64,000 nucleotides of DNA from the IMG/VR virus record IMGVR_UViG_3300014057_000711, one strand, 5' to 3'. Source of the DNA: an uncultured virus (IMG/VR IMGVR_UViG_3300014057_000711). Lineage: Duplodnaviria > Heunggongvirae > Uroviricota > Caudoviricetes. Positions 10,056 to 19,877 of the stretch are shown here, one piece after another (the first letter of the stretch is position 1; the number at the start of each line of letters is the position of its first letter). The translations under genes and the position numbers were made by a program. The notes under the pieces are model-generated. The model was not told the DNA's origin, ran no database searches, and was given only the letters and a program-made list of their open reading frames with translations.

Positions 10056-10070
10056 TTCCGTCGGAACTAT

Positions 10071-10155
10071 CGCCAAAGTTTGCGCTTGAGAGTCGCTGGA
10101 GAGCAGGACGAAGGTCTGCCGTCAGCTGTGTAAGCTAACAAGCAAACCTTTGGCA
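10071..10155 (+). repeat. Structured ~85-nt element, copy 1
   Basis: Homologous to 12673-12755; nested stems gccaaag/ctttggc, gcttg/caagc, gcag/ctgc. Confidence 0.7.
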
Positions 10156-10238
10156 GTAGGTTTAAATGATCCCATAATCGAAGATGAGGAGAGCAAACGC
10201 AACTGAAAACTAATAACTGAATACTGATAACTAAAAAA

Positions 10239-10895
10239 ATGCCACAGCTAAGCACATTAGAGGTTTGTAGGCAGGATTTGTTTACAGCCAAGGCGGAACT
10301 CGAATTGCGTTACACCGCTAACGTGGTGGCGCGCATCATGCGCATACGTGAGGAATATAACTGGTTCCTGGCTAACCCTGACGCTAAAGACCGGCAGTTT
10401 GTGGAGAATGCCATGGCACGCCACGGCATAGAGAAGTCGGCAGCATACGACGACCTGAAGGTGGTGAAAGCTCTGCTGCCACATCTTGCATCTGCATCTC
10501 GGGACTTCCACCGCTACCGCTATAACGAGATGATCCTGGAGACGTTCCAGATGGCGAAGAAACGCAAGGACACGAAGACGATGGAGAAGGCTGCTTCGTC
10601 TTACGCAAAGTTCAACCGCGTGGACCTGGAGGATGAACAGGTGGTGCCCTACGATATGATCGTAGTGCAACCCTTCACAGCCACTGATGACCCGACGGTG
10701 CTTGGAATTAAACCCATCCCGAACATCCGGGAGAAAATACGCACGCTGCTGAACAAATACCGCTCTGAAAATATCGACATCGAAGATATAGAGTTTGAGG
10801 AGGCTGACCTGGAAGAAACAGACCTATTCGCCATTCCACAAGACAAATCCCCATCTAATTTAGAGAGGGACACAGAGGAAGTCAAATCGCAGTGA
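10239..10895 (+). CDS. Probable terminase small subunit
   Basis: 218-aa helical protein directly upstream of TerL; acidic tail; assignment positional. Confidence 0.5.
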   Translation: MPQLSTLEVCRQDLFTAKAELELRYTANVVARIMRIREEYNWFLANPDAKDRQFVENAMARHGIEKSAAYDDLKVVKALLPHLASASRDFHRYRYNEMILETFQMAKKRKDTKTMEKAASSYAKFNRVDLEDEQVVPYDMIVVQPFTATDDPTVLGIKPIPNIREKIRTLLNKYRSENIDIEDIEFEEADLEETDLFAIPQDKSPSNLERDTEEVKSQ

Positions 10896-11030
10896 GGAGA
10901 GCAAACGAAACAAAAAAAATTGTCTCGAATTGTTAGCAATTGTATGAAGAAAAAAATCGAAGCTGAGTGGAGCAATTGTCCTTAATAAAACAAGAACAAA
11001 ACTATTTGTCCGTAATTGTCTGAAAACCCT

Positions 11031-12650
11031 ATGAAGAAGATTTACTTTAACACACCGCAACGCCTGACGCAACTCATCGGTGCCAATACGACCGTGATTG
11101 TGGCGGGACGACGCACAGGAAAGACGGACTCGATAGCCTCGCCTTTCGTGCTGCGTAACATGCAACGGATGCCTGGCTCTACGGGCGGCATCGTGGTGCC
11201 GACATATAAGCATGGCCTGACGAACACGATTCCTGGGTTGCTGGCAGCATGGAAACGATGGGGCTACATCAATGGCATTCACTATGTGATTGGCAGAAAA
11301 CCACCGAAGTCGTTTGGCAAGCCCATAATAGAACCTGCGGAATATGAACACGTGATTTCTTTCTATAATGGCTCATGTGCTATCCTGATTTCGCAGGACA
11401 GGCCTGGCTCCAGTAACTCGCTGACGCTCTCGTGGCTGCTGATTGACGAGGCGAAGTTCATTGACTATGAACGTCTGAAGGACGAGACGCTGCCGGCAAA
11501 TGGCGGCATCAAGTCGTACTTCGGCTCGCATTCGTATAACCATAGCGTGATGATCCTCTCGGATATGCCTCAGACACAACGTGGCTCGTGGTTCCTGCAC
11601 TATAAGGATAAGATGGACCCGGAACTGATTGAAGCCATCGAGGGGACAGTATATGAGATATGGAAGGTGAAGCAACGAGTGCGCAACCTCAAGGAGAAAG
11701 GGTTTGAGGTGCCGAACTACCTTCGGAAATATATCCGTAGATTGGACCGCAACCTGAACCGGATGCGGTCTGTGGCAGTGTATTACAAGGAATACTCGTC
11801 AATCGAGAACCTGCAGCTGCTGGGGGAAAGCTACATAAAACAAATGAAACGCGACCTTACGCCGAAGACGTTCCAAACGTCGATTCTTTGCCAGCGTATA
11901 GGCATAGCGAAGGATGGCTTCTACTCGAGTATGCGGGAAGGACATAAATACAACGCCAGTGACTTTGACTACCTCGATAGCCTGGGATATGAGTTCGACC
12001 CTCTTCAGGTGGACAGCCGAGCTGATAAGGACGTGAACCGTCTCGCACCGATATGCATAGGGATGGACTACAACGCGAACATTAACTGGATTGTCGCAGG
12101 GCAACCGGACGGCCGTAGGCTTAATGTGATAAAGTCGTTCTACACTAAGTTTGAACGGAAAATTCCGGCACTGATAGATGACTTCTGCCGTTACTATATG
12201 CACCACGAGAATAAAACGGTGGTATATTACTATGACAGCACCGCATTGGGCGGCAACTATGCCGTGAATGAGCAGGACTTCCACTGGGTGGTGTGCCATG
12301 AGTTTGAACGACACGGATGGCAGGTAGAAGATATAAACCTGGGAAATCCGATGCGGCATGATGAGAAATACTTACTCATCAACCAGGGGTTTGCCGGCAA
12401 ACAAAGGCTGATGCCGTTCTTCAACCGACAAAATAATGATGACCTGATCCTGGCAATTCAAACAGCCGGGGTGACACGAGGACGCAACGGTTTCCGTAAG
12501 GATAAGGGGGGCGAAAAACTCGCAGAAACGGAGGAAGACCTCCTCCAGCATCGTACCGACGGCACAGATGCCTTCGATACCCTCTACATCGGTTGTGAGA
12601 AAATGCCATATAGGGACTCTTATGGCATAACCTCCGTAGGAGTTCTCTGA
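11031..12650 (+). CDS. terL: Terminase large subunit
   Basis: Walker A 'AGRRTGKT', Walker B 'LLIDEAK', RNase H-like 'IGMDYN' and C-terminal 'DGTDAFD'. Confidence 0.85.
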   Translation: MKKIYFNTPQRLTQLIGANTTVIVAGRRTGKTDSIASPFVLRNMQRMPGSTGGIVVPTYKHGLTNTIPGLLAAWKRWGYINGIHYVIGRKPPKSFGKPIIEPAEYEHVISFYNGSCAILISQDRPGSSNSLTLSWLLIDEAKFIDYERLKDETLPANGGIKSYFGSHSYNHSVMILSDMPQTQRGSWFLHYKDKMDPELIEAIEGTVYEIWKVKQRVRNLKEKGFEVPNYLRKYIRRLDRNLNRMRSVAVYYKEYSSIENLQLLGESYIKQMKRDLTPKTFQTSILCQRIGIAKDGFYSSMREGHKYNASDFDYLDSLGYEFDPLQVDSRADKDVNRLAPICIGMDYNANINWIVAGQPDGRRLNVIKSFYTKFERKIPALIDDFCRYYMHHENKTVVYYYDSTALGGNYAVNEQDFHWVVCHEFERHGWQVEDINLGNPMRHDEKYLLINQGFAGKQRLMPFFNRQNNDDLILAIQTAGVTRGRNGFRKDKGGEKLAETEEDLLQHRTDGTDAFDTLYIGCEKMPYRDSYGITSVGVL

Positions 12651-12672
12651 TTATGCTGAAATGCGAAGCATT

Positions 12673-12755
12673 CGCTAAAGTATGCGCTTGTAAGTCGCTG
12701 GCCGCAGGGCGAAGTTCTGCGCTCAGCGGTGCAAGCTATCAAGCAGACTTTGGCA
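12673..12755 (+). repeat. Structured ~85-nt element, copy 2
   Basis: Homologous to 10071-10155; stems preserved despite substitutions. Confidence 0.7.
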
Positions 12756-13143
12756 AAAATTCCCTTATCATGATGGTTACAACACATCAGGATCGGGAAT
12801 TTTGTAGCTGTTGGATGTGACCAATCGTGCAAGCCGAAACCAGCGGCAAAACTCGTTTTGACATTGGTGAGGCGCAGCCGATTGACGGATAACAATTCTT
12901 TGTTATCAGAAAATGCCTTACAGGGACACTATTGGCTTCAACTCCAGCGGCGTCCTCTAAAATATTTACTGAGGAAAACTAAAGCAGACATTGTGCATTG
13001 TGAATTATGAATTATGCATTGATAAAAGAGCAGAACCAACGCCCTTATGCCACTTATGTTCTTATGTCTAAAGAACCCATAATCGCCAGTGAGAAGAACC
13101 AACGCAACAATTAATCGTCTTTATCGTCTGACAAAAAACACAA

Positions 13144-13175
13144 CAAAGGCGATACCTTGCAGCACCGCCTTTGTC
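13144..13175. terminator. Terminator between convergent terL region and surface-protein gene
   Basis: caaaggcg/cgcctttg stem flanked by A/T runs. Confidence 0.6.
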
Positions 13176-13193
13176 AAATTTATAAAGAATAGA

Positions 13194-16100
13194 TTACTTG
13201 CGTAACATCTTGCTGGTTGTACGAGAACCGTCAGTGTACTCAGTAACGACAATGTTTACGCCACTGAAGGGCTTGTCGCTTACCATACCGGCAACGTTCA
13301 CGTACTTAACGCTCTTAACTTCGCCGTTAACACTTACAGTGTTGATAGCGGTGGTAATATCGTGGCCACTGCCTTCGGTAACATCGAGGTCAACTGGATA
13401 TACAGTGAAACCAGCGTATGGAGTGGTTATGTTCTTAGGCCCATAACTATCTTTGTCCGAACGTTGTACGATGGCTTGGAACTTGTAAATATGCTCATCT
13501 TGCAATGAATTTCTTAAGTCACCAAGTACATTGTAACCCCATCCTACATAGAATGCACCGTCGAAACCGCTAATACTCGGAACTGTGAAGCATAGATTGA
13601 AAGCATCCCATTGTGCATAAGTAACCTCACATACCTCCTGAATCTTAGGATTCATAAAGAAGTAGTTCTGGGAATTCGCTCCAGTAATAGCACCGTCACG
13701 CTCGTCGCCCCAAATATTCAGGTTGTCGGGCAAGAAGTTGGTAGTGCAATATACGTTTGGAATATAATCGGGCTGTACATTGCCGCCTTCGTCTGCTGGA
13801 GTTACAAGTTCAAGTGCTTCATTGTCCATTCTCAATGCATAGTTCACTTCATCAAAATAAGTACCCTTAATAGTACCGGCCTTGATGTAGTGATTTTGAG
13901 CGTTTCTCAACATCTCGTCAATACCATTGGTAGAGGTTGGAGTTGTGAAGTGGAGGGCAATCCAGTTGCTCTGATCCCAATCACGCTTGTTCTGAGCTTT
14001 TGTGTCATTGTAGAGGTAGTCAACCTGACCTTCTTTAATGTAAGTTGGGAAGATAGAGGCATTACCCTCATCTTTACACCAAAGGACGCCCTTAGTAAGG
14101 TCTGCATATACAGCTACCAGTCTGTCCTTAATGACATACTTGTTACTTCCATCAGTTGTCACACCATTCTGGCAAAGCTCAGCAAGTGTTACCTCTGTGT
14201 ACTCTGGAGTGGCAAAGTAGTCGATATTTACATCATCAAGGAAGAAACGCTTGTAAGCTGGCGTAGCAAAGGTGATGTTCATCAGATTTGAAGTAGCCTT
14301 AACATATACTGTGTATTCACCCCATTCGCGATAAGCGATATCCAAAGAACTGAGTGGAGTGGTGCAAGCTTCATCGGCAAACAATGTTGCTCCAGTAGCA
14401 GAGAAGTTGATAGCAACATTATTGTCCCAAGAACCAGCCTTGAAGGTCATCTTATAAATGGTACCGTTGGTTACAATGATGTCAGGTGTGGTTGCAGCAC
14501 CCTCTTCATTTCTATCACCTACTCGGAGGCATGCACTTGCACCGAATCCTTGGAACTCAGCACCATCTTGTCTAGTGTAGATCCATCCTTCATGGTCTGC
14601 AATAGCAGCTGTTGTTGTTGAAATTCCAGACCATTGGTTGTCATTGCCACCTTGGCCTTCAGTGCCATTCCATGTCTCAACGAATGGAATCTCGCAAGGT
14701 GCAGCAGGAACTTTGTAAGTTACCTTGACAGTTACATCGAATGGAGGCATACCGAAACTGTAAACACCATTGTTTTCTGTTACAGGAACAGCGGTCTCTA
14801 CATTGTTGGCATTGATGAACGAAGCAGAAACCTTAGTTACAGTGTAACCTTCTTCTGGTGTAACAGAGAAACTAACGTCTTGACCTGTGTGGGCAGTCTC
14901 AGGAAGACCTGTTACTGTACCCATCTCAGAGTCGTTGTCAAGGGTAATGGTATAGGTGTTTGCAGTGAAACTAGCAACTACGTTGGCTACAGCCTGTGGC
15001 ATAGTGAACGAATAAACGCCCTCTACAGGCTCAATAGCGGTGCCATTAAGGGTGACACCGTTAAGGGTATAACCGTTATTGGTGTTGATAGTCAGAGTGA
15101 CGGTCTCTCCAGGATAAGCGGTCTCCTTGTCGGCAGAGATAGTACCACCAGTCTTGCCTTCAATGTCGGTAACAGTGCTGCAGTTAACAGCGAAGGCTCT
15201 TGTGATGACAACCTTGTTCTTGGCACTGTTGACGCTGATAGTATATTCTGCTGTCTCATCGAGACCAATCTTGAAGTTGCCACTATTGCCTAGGTCAATC
15301 TCGTTTCCGAGGTTCTCAGCATTTACAGTCTTAGTAGTACCAAACCAAGTGCCCCACTCGTCAACGAAACCGAACTCGTTGTCCTTAGCAAGCTCTTTGT
15401 TGATGGTCCAACCGGCCTCGGTGGCTGTCAAAGCAGTCTTCGATGCGAAATTGTCATAAGAACCCTTGATGAACATCTGGGCTTCTCTTGTTGCGTCAAA
15501 TGTCAAAGTACCATTATTGTCATAGATAGTGAAGTTGGTAGATGCACCGGCAGCGATGGTATATGCATCAGCACCATCCATTGGGATATTGGTGTGCCAA
15601 TCGGCATTGATGCCATAGTCTGGACCATTATTGGCTGCGCCATATTCAGCAAGAACGTCCTCACCTTGCATCTTGACAATCTTGAAGCGCACATTGTCGG
15701 GAAGCATGACATTGTTCAAGCTGTAAGTTCCATCACCATTATCTGTGAACTTATATGCAGCATCGCCCTGAACCCATGCAGTTCCGTTCATCTTGAATGT
15801 TCCATAGAGGTAGTATGCTGGCTCATCAGAAACATGCTCTACAAACTCAACTGGAGTGAACTGAGGATTGTTGTGAACATTTACAATACCACGGATGTCG
15901 TAGGTCTTGCCATCATTTGCTTCGGGAAGAATGATATTCTCATCAGTATTATAGGTGTTGTAACCGGGAACGGTATTTTCTCCATCACTAATAGTGAAGT
16001 TACGATTGTTTACCTCAGTGATTGTTACACCACGTAGCCAGCCGTAAGTGGCTTGCTTGGCTTCTTTGACATCAGCAAGGGTAAGCTCAACTGGAGTGAC

Positions 16101-17795
16101 TTCCTGTGTGCCGTCGATAGAAGCAGTGGTTACATTGGTAACTTCAATAAGTTTGTTATAAACAGACTTCTTGCCTTTCCAACCGCCCTTGATTACATCA
16201 CCAGTCTTAGGTGCTGGCTCAGCAGTAGAAAGGTTTGAGTTGTAAAGCAAAGAGTAACCGGTAGCATCTTTTACCCATACATACTGACTGTTTGTGCTGT
16301 TAAAGTAGGTAACAACAACATCACCTGTGAATTTGAACTCACCAGTTCCTTCGTAAGCGAGCATCTCAGCAATATTGGCAACGCTTGGGTTCTTAACGAA
16401 CTCCTTGGTAGCAACCTGAGAAGCAGTCTCACCAACATAGGCGATAGCCTTTACTGTAGCACTTGCATCGAGTGTGAAAGCAGCTGTGTACGGTGTTGAA
16501 GTGTTGTCAGGTTCGGTACCGTCAATAGTGTAATAAACTGTTGAACCTTCTGTCTCACAATTGATGGTTACGGTAGTAGTCTCATCAAATGGAGTCTCAC
16601 CACTGATAACTGGTTTAGCAACACTGGGCTGAGGAGTTGTGCCGTCATTTTTCTTATAGAACCCAACAACTGTGTTTGCAATATTGCCACCCATAGATGT
16701 GTAGCAACGCCAGTCAGAATTAATATAAACTCCTAGGTAACGATTTTGTGTTGTCCCAGTACAAGTCAGATAATCAACGCCACTGCCATTACCGGTCATG
16801 ACAAAGTTTTTAGCATCTCCTGTACCAACACGTACTCCATTGTTACTATTTATACAATATAAATAAGTTGTACCCCCTGGAACTGTGAAATTGAAAGTTC
16901 CTTCAGTATTAGTTACTTCCCACTTCAATGCATCAGTTACATTGGCAGTTACTTTCGTCTTGTCTGTATTAAGTGTTACAGATATTGCCGAAGGTGCAGA
17001 ACCTGTGCCATTATCATTTGACATTGCTCTAGAACTAGACTTATCAACAATCAGCACAATATCACCTGTCTCTAAATCAGAAGGATCAGTGAGAACCCAT
17101 TCGGTATCCCCTGTTGGGGTTTCAATAGTATATGTAGCCAAACTTACAGTGCTATTATAGTGTCCTTCTGCTGCAGCCATAGCCTTTAGAGTGCAGCTTG
17201 AACTGATATTCACTGTTCCGCCATTACTGATGCTTGAGCTACTAGTGGTAGGATCTTCACCATCGGTAGTGTAGTAAATAGTTGCGCCACTGGTAGCACT
17301 AGTAATGGTAACTGTCTGAGCTGAATTGTAAGTTCCTCCAACGGGAGAAAAAGTAGGAGCTTCAGCTGTTGGTAATTCAACGCCACCAGCTCCTTCTGTT
17401 AATTTAACGCTGTTTACATAGAATGTACCTTTTTTTGTTCCACTTCCAGCATGGTTTGTGAAAATAATCTCAACTGCACCAGTAGTTGATGTTCCCTCAA
17501 AAACTGCATCTGCAGTTGTGTTTCCGCCAACATCTTTTGTGCCCCAAGATTCACCTCCAACTTTCACTTCAATGGTAACAACATTAGATATGTTTTTGTT
17601 GTAACTCCAGTTGATGGTAACAGCCTTGATGGGATAGGCCTGCTGAGCAATCTCAATTGAGGGAATAGACGCATTGTTATTCAACAGCGTCGATTGAGAT
17701 TTACCCATGTCGTGTAAATCACCCTCTGCAGCCCACGAAACTCCGAAGAATAGCGTGAGCAATGTCAAAAATGTTAGTAATTTTTTCATACGCAT
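13194..17795 (-). CDS. Large secreted/surface protein: two chitobiase/beta-hexosaminidase C-terminal (Fn3-associated) domains, B-repeat-like domains, Bacteroidales sorting-type C-terminal tail
   Basis: Signal peptide; 'APTFSP.GG.Y...ATIYYTTDGEDPT' and 'STVYYTIDGTEP'; C-terminal 'SVKYVNVAGMVSDKPFSGVNIVVTEYTDGSRTTSKMLRK'. Confidence 0.85.
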   Translation of the reverse strand: MRMKKLLTFLTLLTLFFGVSWAAEGDLHDMGKSQSTLLNNNASIPSIEIAQQAYPIKAVTINWSYNKNISNVVTIEVKVGGESWGTKDVGGNTTADAVFEGTSTTGAVEIIFTNHAGSGTKKGTFYVNSVKLTEGAGGVELPTAEAPTFSPVGGTYNSAQTVTITSATSGATIYYTTDGEDPTTSSSSISNGGTVNISSSCTLKAMAAAEGHYNSTVSLATYTIETPTGDTEWVLTDPSDLETGDIVLIVDKSSSRAMSNDNGTGSAPSAISVTLNTDKTKVTANVTDALKWEVTNTEGTFNFTVPGGTTYLYCINSNNGVRVGTGDAKNFVMTGNGSGVDYLTCTGTTQNRYLGVYINSDWRCYTSMGGNIANTVVGFYKKNDGTTPQPSVAKPVISGETPFDETTTVTINCETEGSTVYYTIDGTEPDNTSTPYTAAFTLDASATVKAIAYVGETASQVATKEFVKNPSVANIAEMLAYEGTGEFKFTGDVVVTYFNSTNSQYVWVKDATGYSLLYNSNLSTAEPAPKTGDVIKGGWKGKKSVYNKLIEVTNVTTASIDGTQEVTPVELTLADVKEAKQATYGWLRGVTITEVNNRNFTISDGENTVPGYNTYNTDENIILPEANDGKTYDIRGIVNVHNNPQFTPVEFVEHVSDEPAYYLYGTFKMNGTAWVQGDAAYKFTDNGDGTYSLNNVMLPDNVRFKIVKMQGEDVLAEYGAANNGPDYGINADWHTNIPMDGADAYTIAAGASTNFTIYDNNGTLTFDATREAQMFIKGSYDNFASKTALTATEAGWTINKELAKDNEFGFVDEWGTWFGTTKTVNAENLGNEIDLGNSGNFKIGLDETAEYTISVNSAKNKVVITRAFAVNCSTVTDIEGKTGGTISADKETAYPGETVTLTINTNNGYTLNGVTLNGTAIEPVEGVYSFTMPQAVANVVASFTANTYTITLDNDSEMGTVTGLPETAHTGQDVSFSVTPEEGYTVTKVSASFINANNVETAVPVTENNGVYSFGMPPFDVTVKVTYKVPAAPCEIPFVETWNGTEGQGGNDNQWSGISTTTAAIADHEGWIYTRQDGAEFQGFGASACLRVGDRNEEGAATTPDIIVTNGTIYKMTFKAGSWDNNVAINFSATGATLFADEACTTPLSSLDIAYREWGEYTVYVKATSNLMNITFATPAYKRFFLDDVNIDYFATPEYTEVTLAELCQNGVTTDGSNKYVIKDRLVAVYADLTKGVLWCKDEGNASIFPTYIKEGQVDYLYNDTKAQNKRDWDQSNWIALHFTTPTSTNGIDEMLRNAQNHYIKAGTIKGTYFDEVNYALRMDNEALELVTPADEGGNVQPDYIPNVYCTTNFLPDNLNIWGDERDGAITGANSQNYFFMNPKIQEVCEVTYAQWDAFNLCFTVPSISGFDGAFYVGWGYNVLGDLRNSLQDEHIYKFQAIVQRSDKDSYGPKNITTPYAGFTVYPVDLDVTEGSGHDITTAINTVSVNGEVKSVKYVNVAGMVSDKPFSGVNIVVTEYTDGSRTTSKMLRK

Positions 17796-17867
17796 GAATT
17801 TTTAAAAAAATGAAACATTTAATTAATATTTAGTAATCTCTTATATATCTTAGTAGTAGCTATATAA

Positions 17868-17960
17868 CGAAAAAAGCCCTTGCATACAATTTCTTGTATA
17901 CAGGACCTTACCGCTGTGTAACCTTTGAATGCATCGCCTTCAAAATTTTGTGCAAAGTTA
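17868..17960 (-). promoter_or_regulatory. Promoter (TAACTTTG) plus leader with terminator-like hairpin upstream of the surface-protein gene
   Basis: caaagtta at 17953-17960; gtataca/tgtatgc stem and T run on the minus strand before the ATG. Confidence 0.45.
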
Positions 17961-18214
17961 TAAACTTTTTCGCTATTTTATAAAAATAAATATATCTTTT
18001 TTTTGAAAAAAGTTTTTCACAACCCTAACACCCTAACTTCCAAAACAATACACTCTTAACAAATTTACGAAATCTTAACACAAATAGCAGTAAGAAACAT
18101 CAATCGTTTGCATACAATCGACTGTGTGTAGAGCCATTGTCCGTAATTTGTCCGTAATTGTCTGGGAAAACAAAAAAACTGGCAACTCATAACTGAGAAC
18201 TGAAAACTTCTTCG

Positions 18215-18306
18215 TACCTTTGCAACGCTATTCAGCTCAACGCATGGGCTGTTTAGTAGTTAGTAAAGTCCTACGAGCATGTGAATGTCCGTAGGACTGT
18301 TGCTTT
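18215..18306 (+). ncRNA. Candidate small RNA cassette A
   Basis: TACCTTTG -7 box, cagctca/tgggctg hairpin, agtcctacg..GTGA..cgtaggact terminator-like hairpin, no ORF. Confidence 0.5.
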
Positions 18307-18589
18307 ATCGTCACTTATCGCCTGACTCCCCAATCACTAGCGAGGAGAACAAACGCAAATCATAACTCAAAAAAATTGTCTTGAATTGTTAGTAATTGTC
18401 TGACAACTAAAACCCAATCGAAGTGAGGAGAGCAAACGCAAAGATTGTGCATTGTGAAATATGAATTAAGCATTGACAAAAGAGTAGAGCAATTGTCCTT
18501 AATAGAACAAGAACAAAGATAATTGTATGTAATTGTCTTAAAAAACAAATAAACTGGCAACTCATAACTGAGAACTGAAAACTTATTCG

Positions 18590-18694
18590 TACATTTGCAG
18601 CACTACGTTAAAAATTTAGTAATTTTGACGTTAGTAAAATATATAAAAAAAAGTTCTGGAACTGCTGATGCGTGAGCACCGGCAGTTCTTATCT
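18590..18694 (+). ncRNA. Candidate small RNA cassette B
   Basis: TACATTTG -7 box, acgttaaaa/ttttgacgt hairpin, gaactgctg.tgc-GTGA-gca.cggcagttc hairpin, no ORF. Confidence 0.5.
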
Positions 18695-18824
18695 TAGAAA
18701 TCTTTAATATTAGTGGGCTTATGAGTGGCACACTTAGTACGTTACTTTGTAAATTTTTTGTGATCCCTGCCGAATACGACGATGTATGGTAGCAGGTATT
18801 TTCACTATAAAATTTAACAAACTA

Positions 18825-19538
18825 ATGAGAACAATTATTTTGTCTCCAATCGAGGCGCTGGGTATCTGCGCCTCAACCAAACTTACTCTGACTTTGGAAG
18901 ATCAGAGCTTCGAGAACCAAGAACATGTTTATGTCTATGCCGGCAAAAAACTGGAAAAAGAGGAACCCACACTGGAAATGGTCCAGGAGATGAGAAACAA
19001 TTGGTTGTTCGGCAACTTCCCCAATTACATGCATAGCAACGCGCTGATAGGCTTTGCAACGATCAGGGCATTCAGCAAGGATGCGCAGAGCGGACTACGA
19101 ACCTTTAAAGTGGACAGCGCGAGCCTCTTTGAAGACCCGATTCCGATGAGCCGTGAGGAGGCGGCAACGCTGCACTCAAAGTCACTGGCGGAAGATACTC
19201 CATCGTTTATGGTGCGTCCTGCACATCCTTTTTTAATAGGCAAAAGACTTATTGTGCCACTGTGTCATGATGCATTCAAAGAAACGCTCTACGGACAGCC
19301 CCTGCTCATTGACATGACGCAGCGAATGTGGAACTTGCTTAGTGATAAGCAGGGCAAGCTTTCGGGCTTTAACAGGGTCAATTTGACGTGTAACAACAAA
19401 ATGCGCTCTTTCCAGCGCAATGACCAGTGCCGCATCATTTACTTCAAGGATGAACAGGGCAACATACGACTGTATAGGAGCGGCGACGCCGAAGGACAAA
19501 TGGTGGCGCGGCAGTTCCTCCAGCTGGTGTGCAAGTGA
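18825..19538 (+). CDS. Divergent ASCH/PUA-like domain protein
   Basis: N-terminus 'MRTIILSPIEALGICASTK...VYVYAG...NALIGFATI...LFEDPIPM' follows the ASCH layout. Confidence 0.45.
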   Translation: MRTIILSPIEALGICASTKLTLTLEDQSFENQEHVYVYAGKKLEKEEPTLEMVQEMRNNWLFGNFPNYMHSNALIGFATIRAFSKDAQSGLRTFKVDSASLFEDPIPMSREEAATLHSKSLAEDTPSFMVRPAHPFLIGKRLIVPLCHDAFKETLYGQPLLIDMTQRMWNLLSDKQGKLSGFNRVNLTCNNKMRSFQRNDQCRIIYFKDEQGNIRLYRSGDAEGQMVARQFLQLVCK

Positions 19539-19588
19539 CCCTCGCACAAGATTTTCTGTAATCTTTTTGCCACTAACAGATTTTTCCG

Positions 19589-19800
19589 TAATTTTGCGAG
19601 GTCAAAGAGTTGACCTTTACATACGTTCTAAAAGAACTCATTATGCTTTCCATCCAGTGAAAATGTAGGACCCTTTCAAATGAATCAAGGACAGCATAGT
19701 GGTTCACGTTATAGCGTGAGCCTCTGTTTGTGTCTTGATTCGCGGTGATCCTACAGCCGCCACTGGATAACAATTCAGCAGGCTCACGTGCTATTTTCCA
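19589..19800 (+). ncRNA. Candidate structured RNA (long rod) with its own promoter
   Basis: TTTG-N19-TAATTTTG promoter; nested stems atccagtg/cactggat, tgtagga/tcctaca, gaatcaag/cttgattc, gttcacg/cgtgagc. Confidence 0.55.
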
Positions 19801-19877
19801 ATTTTTCCAATATATTTTTTCATATATCCCCACAAAATAACTATATTTGCACATCACTAACCATAAAACCAACTAAT

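Noticed and set aside
13198..17160. Plus-strand ORFs opposite the surface-protein gene
   Set aside because: Antisense shadows without motifs
9057..18600. CRISPR array from the recurring GAGnAGARC motifs
   Set aside because: Irregular spacing, degenerate units, no unique spacers, no cas genes
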